From: an uncultured Candidatus Saccharibacteria bacterium
GTDB lineage: Bacteria > Patescibacteriota > Minisyncoccia > RBG-13-40-8-A > JAUWHN01
DNA length: 35,655 nt
NCBI GenBank assembly: GCA_964426965.1
Contig: CAYRSI010000002.1
Coordinates: 1 to 35,655, forward strand
Direction of reading: 5' to 3'
The notes below the pieces were generated by a model that saw only the letters and a list, made by a program, of their open reading frames with translations, searched no databases and was not told the DNA's origin. This document shows positions 1 through 8,431 of this stretch, one piece after another (within the stretch, counting starts at the first letter, position 1; each line of letters begins with the position of its first letter). The position numbers were made by a program, and so were the translations under genes.

Positions 1-2935
1 GAATCAATTTCATCATATAAATATAGCCAACTGTCACTTTTTGCATAAATTGTTCACCGCTTCGCCCGTCATAAAGTGTAACTTTTCCTGTTTCAGAAAA
101 ACCAGCCTTAACTAACTCTTCTTTAATCTCATCCCCCTTTACCCCGGAAAAGGAAGGGCTGTAAGTTTTATAACCTAAACGCTTTGCTGCCCAGCCCAAA
201 TGAGTTTCTGATATCTGACCAATATTCATTCGGGAAGAAACCCCTAAAGGGTTAAGAATAATATCTACTGGTGTGCCATCTTCTAAATAAGGCACGTCTT
301 CTTCTGGTAATATTTTTGAAATGACCCCTTTATTGCCGTGGCGCCCAGCTAATTTGTCGCCAACTGATATTTTTCTAAACTGAGCCACTTCTACTCGAAT
401 TGTCTTTATAACTCCGGCAGAAAGCTTATCTCCTTTATCTCTTGAAAATATCTTTATTCCAATAACCCGACCTCTTTTGCCATGAGAAAGATTTAAAGAA
501 CTATCTTTTACATCACGAGCTTTTTCGCCAAAAATAGCCCGAAGAAGTCTTTCTTCTGCTGTAAGATCAACCTCTCCTTTAGGAGAAATTTTTCCTACTA
601 AAATATCTCCTGGCCTTACCTCAGCTCCAATCCTCACTATCCCTTCCTCATCTAAATCCTTTAATCGTTCTTCTCCTACATTAGGAATGTCGGGCGTGAT
701 AATTTCCGGCCCTAATTTAGTGTCTCTAATATCGCAAGAAAACTCTTCAATATGAATCGAGCTGAACCTATCATCCTTAACTAATCTTTCAGAAATTATT
801 ATTGCATCTTCAAAATTAGCTCCTGCCCAAGGCAAAAATGCAACAAGAATATTTTGACCCAATGCTAATTCTCCTTTATCTGTTGAAGCTCCGTCTGCTA
901 AAGTATCGCCTTGTTTAACAATCTGATTCTTGCGAACTAATGGTTTCTGATTAATGCAAGTGTATTGATTAGACCGAGTAAAACTATGAAGTCGATAAAT
1001 TGTTTTGGTAAAATCAGGGCTAATCTCTACTAAGCCGCCTAATTTCTTTTTAGATTTACTAGTCTTAGAGGTAAAACTAATTCCCTTTCCTGATATAAGC
1101 TTATCGGATTTTATCTTCCTTGGGTGTTGGACAACGATATGGTCAGCGTCTACTTCTATAACCTTTCCATCTCCATAAGACAATGTTAGCTGCCCAGAAT
1201 CCTGAGCTACCTTTTTTTCAATCCCAGTTCCAACAAGCGGAGCTTCCGGATTAACCAAAGAAACAGCCTGGCGCTGCATATTTGAACCCATAAGAGCTCT
1301 ATTGGCATCATCCTGCTCTAAAAAAGGAGTAAGAGCTGTTGCTACGCTAATACACTGATAAGGAGAAACATCTATGTAATCAATCTTGTCTCTGTTGGCT
1401 ACTCCTGGTTCTCCTTTTATTCGGGCTTCAACTTTCTGATTTAAAAATCTATTATTTTTATCCAGTAACTCGCCAGTATGAGCAATAATATATTTTTGTT
1501 CTTGACTGGCATCTAAATAAACAATTTCTTTTGTTATTCTGCCATCTTTCACTTTTCGGTAGGGAGTTTCAATAAAGCCGTATTTATTAAGTCGGGCATA
1601 AGTAGCCAAGTGGCCAACCAAACCAATATTCGGCCCTTCAGGAGTCTGAATAGGACAAATCCGACCATAATGGCTTGAATGAACATCCCTAACCTCAAAT
1701 CCTGCTCTTTCTCGAGCTAATCCTCCGGGGCCCATGGCTGAAAGTCGACGCTTATGTTCAAGTTCAGCCAAAGGATTCACCTGATCCATAAACTGAGAAA
1801 GTGGAGAAGAGGTAAAAAATTCTTTAGTTGCTGCAATTAAAGGTCTTGAATTTATAAGCTGGGCAGAAGTTAGGGTATAAATATCAAGAGTTGACATTCT
1901 GTCTCGTGCAATGCGCTCCATCCTGGCAAATCCTACCCTAATCTTATTCTGCAAAAGTTCTCCTAATGACCTTACCCGCCGATTTCCTAAGTGATCAATA
2001 TCATCACCAACAGCCTTTGGATCATTGTTTAGTCGGATAATCTCCTTGACTATTAAAATTAAATCTTCAGAATGCAAAATTCTGTGCTCTTTATCTATAG
2101 GCGAATCAACTCCTAGGCGTTGATTCATTTTATATCTTCCCACCTCTGCTAAATCGTAACGGTCAAAGTTAAAAAACATATTCTCAATTAATTGCCTGGC
2201 ATTATCAATTGCAGCTAAATCACCCGGTCTAATTCTTTTATAAACCTCAAGTATCCCCTCGGCTCGGTTTTTTGAAATATCTCGCTTAAGAGTTTCTTCA
2301 ATATATTTGACATCTGGATTGTTATCAACATCTTTAAAATGACTAATTATCTCCTCGTCTTTTTCTATGCCAAAAGCCCGAATTAAGGCAGTAATCGGGA
2401 CTTTTCTTTTTCTGTCGATTTTAACTGAAATTACTCCGCTGGTATCTGTCTCAAGTTCAAGCCAAGCCCCTCGGTTAGGAATTATTTTTCCCCCATGTAA
2501 TTTTTTGCCCCTAATATATTCAGCAGTAAAAAAAACGCCCGGAGACCTAATGAGCTGGGAAACGATTACTCGCTCTACTCCATTCACTATAAAAGTCCCT
2601 CTGGGTGTTATAAGCGGAAGATCAGTTAAGAAAAGTTCCTGTTCTTTTGCTTGTTTAGTTCTTTTATTATTTAGCTTAATCTTGACTCGAAGAGCTGCCT
2701 CGTAAGAAAGGCCGTATTTTTTTGCTTCTGCTTCATTGCACTTAGCTTCATCTAAGGAATAATCCTCAAAACTTAGCTCTAAATCCTTGCCGCTGTAATC
2801 TTTAATCGGAGAAACCTCATCAAAAAGCTCTTTTAAGCCATAATCCAAAAACCACTGATAGCTAGCGAGTTGGGCTTCAATAAGATCAGGAAGAGGATAT
2901 AAATCTTTTGGGTATTTCGAAAAATATTTAATCAT
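1..2935 (-). CDS. rpoB: DNA-directed RNA polymerase beta subunit. N-terminus at 2935; the C-terminal part runs off the left edge.
   Basis: Absent from the ORF track because it has no stop in the window. My minus-strand translation from ATG 2935-2933 gives MIKYFSKYPKDLYPLPDLIEAQLASYQWFL...TPRGTFIVNGVERVIVSQLIRSPGVFF. At the left edge it reads ...VTVGYIYMMKLI. Both are classic RpoB blocks. Confidence 0.93.
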   Translation of the reverse strand, partial: MIKYFSKYPKDLYPLPDLIEAQLASYQWFLDYGLKELFDEVSPIKDYSGKDLELSFEDYSLDEAKCNEAEAKKYGLSYEAALRVKIKLNNKRTKQAKEQELFLTDLPLITPRGTFIVNGVERVIVSQLIRSPGVFFTAEYIRGKKLHGGKIIPNRGAWLELETDTSGVISVKIDRKRKVPITALIRAFGIEKDEEIISHFKDVDNNPDVKYIEETLKRDISKNRAEGILEVYKRIRPGDLAAIDNARQLIENMFFNFDRYDLAEVGRYKMNQRLGVDSPIDKEHRILHSEDLILIVKEIIRLNNDPKAVGDDIDHLGNRRVRSLGELLQNKIRVGFARMERIARDRMSTLDIYTLTSAQLINSRPLIAATKEFFTSSPLSQFMDQVNPLAELEHKRRLSAMGPGGLARERAGFEVRDVHSSHYGRICPIQTPEGPNIGLVGHLATYARLNKYGFIETPYRKVKDGRITKEIVYLDASQEQKYIIAHTGELLDKNNRFLNQKVEARIKGEPGVANRDKIDYIDVSPYQCISVATALTPFLEQDDANRALMGSNMQRQAVSLVNPEAPLVGTGIEKKVAQDSGQLTLSYGDGKVIEVDADHIVVQHPRKIKSDKLISGKGISFTSKTSKSKKKLGGLVEISPDFTKTIYRLHSFTRSNQYTCINQKPLVRKNQIVKQGDTLADGASTDKGELALGQNILVAFLPWAGANFEDAIIISERLVKDDRFSSIHIEEFSCDIRDTKLGPEIITPDIPNVGEERLKDLDEEGIVRIGAEVRPGDILVGKISPKGEVDLTAEERLLRAIFGEKARDVKDSSLNLSHGKRGRVIGIKIFSRDKGDKLSAGVIKTIRVEVAQFRKISVGDKLAGRHGNKGVISKILPEEDVPYLEDGTPVDIILNPLGVSSRMNIGQISETHLGWAAKRLGYKTYSPSFSGVKGDEIKEELVKAGFSETGKVTLYDGRSGEQFMQKVTVGYIYMMKLI

Positions 2936-3011
2936 ATAGTAAAAAATACCCCAATACTCCCTTCTCGATTAGGGTTAGGATTTTTAATATTAAATTGCTA
3001 TTTAGAAAAAG

Positions 3012-3302
3012 CTAAAATAGTTTTATTTTTAATGCTTTTTCAACGCTTTTAACTATTCTGTAAGAAGTATACCTATTTTTATTTAAATCGTCAACTTTTA
3101 TGCTTTTTATAGCAGTAATTCCTATTTTACTCTTTTTTAAAATTTTGTCAAGCCCCTCAAGTACTTTATCAGCACTTTCTACTGTTTTTTTGCCAATAAT
3201 TTTATTATTCTTTTCCAAGACAACCTCTACAGGAGCTTTTCCTTTCTGTTTGGTCCCTCTGGGATCCGAGTGAATATTTTTAATTTTGAAAATAAGATTC
3301 AT
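3012..3302 (-). CDS. Hypothetical small basic protein (96 aa)
   Basis: Intact ORF co-oriented between the SEDS gene and rpoB. No motif I can name. Confidence 0.5.
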   Translation of the reverse strand: MNLIFKIKNIHSDPRGTKQKGKAPVEVVLEKNNKIIGKKTVESADKVLEGLDKILKKSKIGITAIKSIKVDDLNKNRYTSYRIVKSVEKALKIKLF

Positions 3303-3309
3303 ATAAGTA

Positions 3310-4404
3310 CTACTTATTTCTCACAACAATACTCTGAATAATGCCTAAGGCAATAAAGCTCATGACCATACTACTGCCGCCGTAGCTGACAAAAGGCAAG
3401 GGAATCCCTACAATCGGCAATAATCCCATATTCATCCCTATATTAATAACAGCCTGAAAAAGAAACATGGTTGCTAAACCAGCAGAAAATAATCTGGCGA
3501 AATTATTAGGTGAAATCAAAGATATTTTAATTAATCTGTAAAGCAAGATTCCAAAAAGAACTAAAATAAAAAATGAGCCCAGAAAACCTAATTCTTCGGC
3601 AATAGTAGCAAAAATAAAATCAGTGTGTTGTTCGGGCAAAAAATGAAGTTGCGATTGAGTGCCATGACCTAAGCCCCGTCCAAAAAACTTTCCTGACCCA
3701 ATAGCAATAGTTGACTGAATAATATGATAGCCTTGACCCAGGGGATCTGAACCAGGATTTAAAAAAGATGTAATTCTTTCTTTCTGATAGTCCTGCAGCA
3801 AAAAGAACCAGCTAACAGAAAAGATAACTAAACCAATAAGAGCCAGGAGAACTAAATGCCTAATCCTTATTCCGGCAATAATAACCATGGCCAACCAGAC
3901 AAGAATTATAATCAAGACATAGCCTAATTCTGGCTGTAATAAAATTAGAACTAAAGGAAAAATAATATAAAGACCAGAAATAATCAAATGGCGCAAGCGG
4001 TAAACTTCAACATGACGCAAAGAAAAATATTTTGCCAAAACCAAAATAATAACTAATTTCATTAACTCAACCGGCTCAAATCCTAACTGACCTATTCGAA
4101 ACCAGCTGGAAACGCCCCTTATTTCTTTGCCCACCAGAAGAACGCCTGCTAAAAGCAAAAAACCAAAAAAATAAAGCCCTAAAAGAAAAAAACCATTATC
4201 CCTAAGAATACGATAATCAACTAAAACAAGTATAAGCATTAAAAAAACTCCCAAAGCAATATAAATTAACTGCCTTTGAAAAATTTTTGAATCCCCTTCT
4301 TGACCAATGCCAAAAATAGATAAAAGCCCCACCGTTACTAGCAGCAGGACTGTTATCAGTAATACCCAGTCTAATTTTCTAATCTGATTAAAACGTAAAA
4401 GCAC
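3310..4404 (-). CDS. SEDS-family peptidoglycan glycosyltransferase (FtsW/RodA/SpoVE)
   Basis: 364 aa and polytopic. Carries the family motifs ...LPEQHTDFIFATIAEELGF... and ...PLPFVSYGGSS.... Confidence 0.9.
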   Translation of the reverse strand: MLLRFNQIRKLDWVLLITVLLLVTVGLLSIFGIGQEGDSKIFQRQLIYIALGVFLMLILVLVDYRILRDNGFFLLGLYFFGFLLLAGVLLVGKEIRGVSSWFRIGQLGFEPVELMKLVIILVLAKYFSLRHVEVYRLRHLIISGLYIIFPLVLILLQPELGYVLIIILVWLAMVIIAGIRIRHLVLLALIGLVIFSVSWFFLLQDYQKERITSFLNPGSDPLGQGYHIIQSTIAIGSGKFFGRGLGHGTQSQLHFLPEQHTDFIFATIAEELGFLGSFFILVLFGILLYRLIKISLISPNNFARLFSAGLATMFLFQAVINIGMNMGLLPIVGIPLPFVSYGGSSMVMSFIALGIIQSIVVRNK

Positions 4405-4421
4405 AAGCTTAAAATTCTAAA

Positions 4422-5234
4422 TTAGTATTTTTGAAACTTTCCTCTACCCTCCCCATACCTTCTCATAAAATTTTCGTCCAAAAATACATTTGTTTTAGCT
4501 ACAACATCCATATTCTCAATCTGGACATCAATTAAGAAAAACCAGTTAATTTCGAAATAGCGACTCTCTTTGCTTAAAACGGTTCTAATCTCGGTCTTAC
4601 CTACTCCCTTTATATTAGACCCTACATCAAACAAAACGCTACAAATATCTATCCTATCAAAATCATAATTACTTCTGTTTTCTAATGTGCCTGATAGCCG
4701 GCTGGTATTATCTAACTGTTTAAATTCTAGATTTCTAATTAACAATTCCGGCTCCTCATAATCAACCAATTCCTGCCAAGGAATATCAGTCACTCTAAAT
4801 TCGATATTGTAAATTCTTGATTGGACTAAAACTTTCTGCTCAATAATATACTTGGTTTCTTGAGGTAAAATATAGGAGGTGCCCTGTTTAGAAATAATTA
4901 AATTCCCACTGGAGTCATACAGATAAAATACATAAGAAAATAATTCAGCGCCAAACTCTCTGTTGGGATTTCTTATTTTAGCTATTAAATCTGAATAATT
5001 ATCCTGAGTCTTTACTGTTTTAGTAAAAATAACCTCTAAATCTTTCTGAACCTGCCAAGGACAAAGAGAGCAAGGGCCGCCGCAATCTATGCCGGCTTCT
5101 CCTTGATTTTGAATACCATCATAGCAAGAGGGCAATTTTGATTTTATTAATAAATAAATTCCACCAACTATAGCTGCTAATATCAACAAATATACAAAAG
5201 CAATTTTAAGTTTTTTCTTATGATATTTGTTCAT
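4422..5234 (-). CDS. Hypothetical membrane-anchored protein with an N-terminal Cys-rich module
   Basis: N-terminal TM helix followed by CYDGIQNQGEAGIDCGGPCSLC. The rest has no recognisable domain. Confidence 0.65.
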   Translation of the reverse strand: MNKYHKKKLKIAFVYLLILAAIVGGIYLLIKSKLPSCYDGIQNQGEAGIDCGGPCSLCPWQVQKDLEVIFTKTVKTQDNYSDLIAKIRNPNREFGAELFSYVFYLYDSSGNLIISKQGTSYILPQETKYIIEQKVLVQSRIYNIEFRVTDIPWQELVDYEEPELLIRNLEFKQLDNTSRLSGTLENRSNYDFDRIDICSVLFDVGSNIKGVGKTEIRTVLSKESRYFEINWFFLIDVQIENMDVVAKTNVFLDENFMRRYGEGRGKFQKY

Positions 5235-5241
5235 ATAATTT

Positions 5242-5934
5242 TCACTTCCATCCTTTCTTTTTTATTGCTGCTTTAGCAGCTTTTTCCTGGGCTACTTGCT
5301 TGCTAGGGCCTTCTCCTTTGGCTATCATCTTCTCTCCCAAAAAAACTCCAACTATAAACTGCTTGGCATGGTCGGGTCCGCTCTCTCCTAAAACTTCGTA
5401 ACTTGGGGTAACTCCTGCTTTATCCTGGGCCTTTTCCTGAAAACGACTCTTAGGATCATGATACAATTTTCTCTCTAAAATTACTGGCAACTCTTTAATC
5501 AAATGCTTAATGATAAATTCATTGGCTTTTTCAAATCCTTGATCTAAATAAATAGCCCCTATCACTGCCTCAAAAGTATTGGCTAAAATAAATTGGCGAG
5601 CCCTGCCAGTATCATGAGACTCGCCCTTAGAAAGCAAAAGATGGTCATTAAACTTTAAACGATTAGCTGTATTAGCCAACATTTTACTATTAACCAGAGC
5701 AGCCCTCCAAATCGTCAACTCGCCTTCTGGGTTGGGATAATTCCCATACAAATGTTTGGTTACCACCAACTCTAAAACTGCATCCCCTAAAAACTCCATA
5801 CGTTCATTGTCATCAAGTTTGTACTTAGGATGCTCATTAAGATAAGACCTATGAACAAAAGCCTGCTGGAGCAAGTCTTTGTTCTTAAACGTGATACCTA
5901 AACTTTTTTCTAGTTTATTAAGATTTTTTGTCAT
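5242..5934 (-). CDS. rnc: Ribonuclease III
   Basis: Contains the [15 protein letters not shown] signature plus a C-terminal dsRBD (...GPDHAKQF...[17 protein letters not shown]). I prefer the start at [10 protein letters not shown] (5934). The track ORF extends to 6003 across the GC palindrome. Confidence 0.9.
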   Translation of the reverse strand: MTKNLNKLEKSLGITFKNKDLLQQAFVHRSYLNEHPKYKLDDNERMEFLGDAVLELVVTKHLYGNYPNPEGELTIWRAALVNSKMLANTANRLKFNDHLLLSKGESHDTGRARQFILANTFEAVIGAIYLDQGFEKANEFIIKHLIKELPVILERKLYHDPKSRFQEKAQDKAGVTPSYEVLGESGPDHAKQFIVGVFLGEKMIAKGEGPSKQVAQEKAAKAAIKKKGWK

Positions 5935-6433
5935 TTGATTTCCTGCCTGCCGGCAGGCAGGTGTTTTTGGGCCTTTCATCTTCTTTTGACTTTCCTGTCT
6001 CATCTTTCCCCGGCTCTCCTATCTCCCGATAGATTGTTCCCAATACCCCATTAATAAACTTTCCAGAAGACTCACCGCCATAAGTTTTAGCTAACTCAAT
6101 TGCTTCATTAATGGCTACTTTTGGCGGCACTTCTTTACGGTCACCAAAGAGAAGTTCATAAAGTCCAATTCGTAAAACATTCCTGTCAACAATAGTAATT
6201 TGCTCTAATGGCCATTCTGGCGCTGCCTTTTCAATAATCTTATCAATTTTAGGCTGAAACTTCATTACGCTCTTAGCTAAACTATGAATAAAATCAACAT
6301 CCTCAGCATCCGGAGTTAATGCCTCGATGTTTCTTCCAATGACTTTCTTAAGCTCATCTGATTTCCTCTTTCTAAAATCCCATTCATAAAGGGATTGTAA
6401 TACAATTGAACGAGCTAAATGACGAGATGCCAT
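5918..6433 (-). CDS. nusB: Transcription antitermination factor NusB with a C-terminal tail that reads through a GC palindrome
   Basis: [20 protein letters not shown]...[15 protein letters not shown]...[26 protein letters not shown]. It overlaps the rnc start by 17 nt. Confidence 0.88.
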   Translation of the reverse strand: MASRHLARSIVLQSLYEWDFRKRKSDELKKVIGRNIEALTPDAEDVDFIHSLAKSVMKFQPKIDKIIEKAAPEWPLEQITIVDRNVLRIGLYELLFGDRKEVPPKVAINEAIELAKTYGGESSGKFINGVLGTIYREIGEPGKDETGKSKEDERPKNTCLPAGRKSNDKKS

Positions 6434-6456
6434 AAAATTATAATTAGAAGCTTTGC

Positions 6457-6750
6457 TTATTTTTTGGACAGTTCTTCAGCGCTAAGTGGTTTTTTAGCTT
6501 GTTTTTCAACTTTCTCTTCTTCTTTTTTCGCCATTTCTTTTTCTTTTTTCTTTCTTTCTTTTTTAGTTAACTTTGCTAAGACATCAATTACTTCCCTTCC
6601 TTTGTAAGTTCCGCAAAAAGGACAAAAATGATGCGGCAAAATTGGCTCTTTGCATTTTGGACAAAGAGAAAGAGCTACCTTCTTCAAGGCATGATGAGAT
6701 CGACGCTTATTTCTCCGAGATTTAGTATGTCGTTTTTTCGGTACAGCCAT
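6457..6750 (-). CDS. rpmF: 50S ribosomal protein L32 with a ~40-aa K/E-rich C-terminal extension
   Basis: [24 protein letters not shown]...CPKC...CPFCG zinc ribbon. Start taken at the internal ATG (6750), not the track start at 6798. Confidence 0.9.
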   Translation of the reverse strand: MAVPKKRHTKSRRNKRRSHHALKKVALSLCPKCKEPILPHHFCPFCGTYKGREVIDVLAKLTKKERKKKEKEMAKKEEEKVEKQAKKPLSAEELSKK

Positions 6751-6764
6751 AAAAATAACCCTAA

Positions 6765-6789
6765 GTCCGACCCGGATCGGGTCTAGGAC
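6765..6789 (-). other. GC-rich hairpin in the rpmF leader (GTCC-GACCCG-GAT-CGGGTC-TA-GGAC)
   Basis: Inverted repeat read directly, 15 nt upstream of the rpmF ATG. A related hairpin lies at 7896-7920. Confidence 0.6.
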
Positions 6790-6819
6790 AATTAACAATT
6801 AACAATTAACAATTAACAA
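6788..6819. repeat. 7-bp microsatellite, (ACAATTA) x4 plus a partial unit
   Basis: Direct reading: acaattaacaattaacaattaacaattaacaaa. Confidence 0.9.
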
Positions 6820-6824
6820 ACTTA

Positions 6825-6853
6825 ATAGTAGCAGAAAATAATTTTTATGACAA
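6825..6853 (-). promoter_or_regulatory. Putative sigma70-type promoter for rpmF-nusB-rnc
   Basis: Minus strand reads TTGTCA, 17 nt, TACTAT. Confidence 0.45.
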
Positions 6854-7015
6854 GTAAAACCATTAACCATTGACCCTGTTAAATAATCCGCCCTGGACGG
6901 ATCAAAAATCTAGAGATTTTTATTTAACCGGGTTGACCCCGTAGTAGATTTTTGACATATATTTTGCGAAGCAAAATATGAAAATGCGAAAAGCAGTCAA
7001 AAATTCACTACCGGG

Positions 7016-7043
7016 TTGACAAGTTGTTTTAAAAGAGTATAAT
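7016..7043 (+). promoter_or_regulatory. Near-consensus promoter for secE-nusG
   Basis: TTGACA (7016-7021), 16-nt spacer, TATAAT (7038-7043), 37 nt upstream of the secE ATG. Confidence 0.65.
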
Positions 7044-7080
7044 AAAAATAGATTAGCCCTTAGGGGCTTTTTAAAAAACC

Positions 7081-7272
7081 ATGAAAATTTTAACCCGAAG
7101 TATAACCTTTTTAAAAGAGGTAAAGGTTGAATTAAAAAAAGTCAACTGGCCAACAAAGCAAGAAACTATAAAATATACTCTAATCGTCATTGGAGTGAGT
7201 TTGGCTGTTATGATATTTTTAGGAGGTCTGGACTTTTTATTCACCTGGTTAATTGGTAAATATATACTGTAA
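7081..7272 (+). CDS. secE: Preprotein translocase subunit SecE
   Basis: 63 aa with a single C-terminal TM. Contains ...FLKEVKVELKKVNWPTKQET... and sits directly upstream of nusG. Confidence 0.9.
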   Translation: MKILTRSITFLKEVKVELKKVNWPTKQETIKYTLIVIGVSLAVMIFLGGLDFLFTWLIGKYIL

Positions 7273-7275
7273 TTT

Positions 7276-7821
7276 ATGACTAAACCAGAATTAGAATCTA
7301 AAAGAGAATGGTACGTACTTCATACCTACTCTGGGTATGAAGATGCAGTAGCCCATAATCTTAAGCAACGCATCGAATCTCTTGACATGGAAGACAGGAT
7401 TTTTAATGTTTTGGTTCCGAAAGAGAAAAAAATTAAGATAAAAGGAGGTAAAAGGCAAGTTGTAGAAGAAAAAATTTATCCTGGCTATGTGCTGGTGGAA
7501 ATGGTTGTTACTGATGATTCCTGGTATGTGGTCAGGAATACTCCTCGAGTAACTGGATTTATTGGCGCAGGAACCATTCCTGTACCAATCTCCGCTGAAG
7601 AGATTAAAAAAATACAAAAAAGAATGGGGGTTGAAGAACCAACTTACAAAATTGATGTTGAAGTTGACGATGCAGTAAAAATTATTGACGGTCCCTTTAG
7701 GGATTTTGACGGAAAAATAAACGAAGTAGATCAAGCAAAAGGAAAAATTAAAGTGCTGGTAAATATGTTTGGCAGAGAAACACCAGTCGAGCTAGACTTC
7801 TTGCAAGTCAAGAAGATATAG
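7276..7821 (+). CDS. nusG: Transcription termination/antitermination factor NusG
   Basis: WYVLHTYSGYEDAV..., YPGYVLVEM, and a C-terminal KOW (VKIIDGPFRDFDGKINEVD). Confidence 0.95.
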   Translation: MTKPELESKREWYVLHTYSGYEDAVAHNLKQRIESLDMEDRIFNVLVPKEKKIKIKGGKRQVVEEKIYPGYVLVEMVVTDDSWYVVRNTPRVTGFIGAGTIPVPISAEEIKKIQKRMGVEEPTYKIDVEVDDAVKIIDGPFRDFDGKINEVDQAKGKIKVLVNMFGRETPVELDFLQVKKI

Positions 7822-7996
7822 CTCAAATCACAAATAACAAGCACCAAATAACAAACAAATTCTAAGCACTAAATTCTAAATTCCAAACCCTACAGGTCCG
7901 AGACCTCGGGTCTATAGGACAGTTTTATATTTTGGTCATTGGAATTTGGAAATTGTTTGAGATGTTTGTGATTTGTAATTTGGGATTTAAACATTT
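7822..7996. repeat. Strand-skewed long imperfect inverted-repeat element, copy A: CA-rich arm, GC hairpin 7896-7920, GT-rich arm
   Basis: The left arm has only about 2 G and the right arm about 2 C. It shares gcaccaaataacaaacaaat (7841-7860) and attgtttgagatgtttgtgatttgt (7952-7976) exactly with 26835-26854 and 26924-26948. Confidence 0.85.
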
Positions 7997-8419
7997 ATGG
8001 CAAAGCCAATTAAAACAATTATAAAATTGCAAATAAAAGCCGGTCAGGCCAACCCGGCGCCGCCGATTGGGCCGGCCTTGGGTCAGCATGGGTTGGATAT
8101 CCAACAATTCTGCGCTCAATTTAATGAAGCTACTAAAGATAAGGGTAGCGATATTATTCCTGTAGAAATTACAGTTTATGAAGACAGAACTTTTGATTTC
8201 CAATTAAAAACTCCGCCAGCTTCTGATTTACTTAAAAAAGCAGCTGGGATTGAAAAGGGTTCTGGCATACCCCACAAAGAAAAAGTGGGCAAAGTAACTA
8301 GGAAACAAATCCGCGAAATCGCTGAAAAGAAACTGGTGGATTTAAATGCCAATGACATAAAAGCAGCAATGAAAATTATAGAAGGCACTGCGAGAAATAT
8401 GGGGATCAAGATAGTGTAA
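7997..8419 (+). CDS. rplK: 50S ribosomal protein L11
   Basis: [32 protein letters not shown].... Confidence 0.96.
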   Translation: MAKPIKTIIKLQIKAGQANPAPPIGPALGQHGLDIQQFCAQFNEATKDKGSDIIPVEITVYEDRTFDFQLKTPPASDLLKKAAGIEKGSGIPHKEKVGKVTRKQIREIAEKKLVDLNANDIKAAMKIIEGTARNMGIKIV

Positions 8420-8431
8420 TAAATTAGCTAT

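Noticed and set aside
5935-6003. Longer N-terminal extensions offered by the ORF track: rnc from 6003, rpmF from 6798, miaB from 13933, pheT from 24475, pheS from 25554, thioredoxin-like from 32998
   Set aside because: The extensions run through repeat elements, terminator hairpins or the upstream gene. The conserved protein N-termini begin at the internal ATGs.
6821-7080. Searched for the rpmG (L33) gene or tRNA-Trp that commonly precede secE
   Set aside because: No L33-like small ORF (only 8-13-codon ORFs) and no tRNA-like T-loop or acceptor structure in this spacer.
7291-7734. 147-aa minus-strand ORF antisense to nusG. Similar shadow ORFs: 2367-2705, 6419-6607, 7925-8203, 8176-8409, 12324-12518, 14458-14985, 15665-15865, 17008-17321, 19890-20096, 20823-21014, 23676-24275, 25065-25570, 26149-26515, 29879-30679, 33422-33890, 34646-34993.
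   Set aside because: Each lies entirely opposite or within a confidently identified gene. They have low-complexity, Phe/Ser/Leu-rich translations typical of antisense frames in AT-rich DNA, and no motifs.
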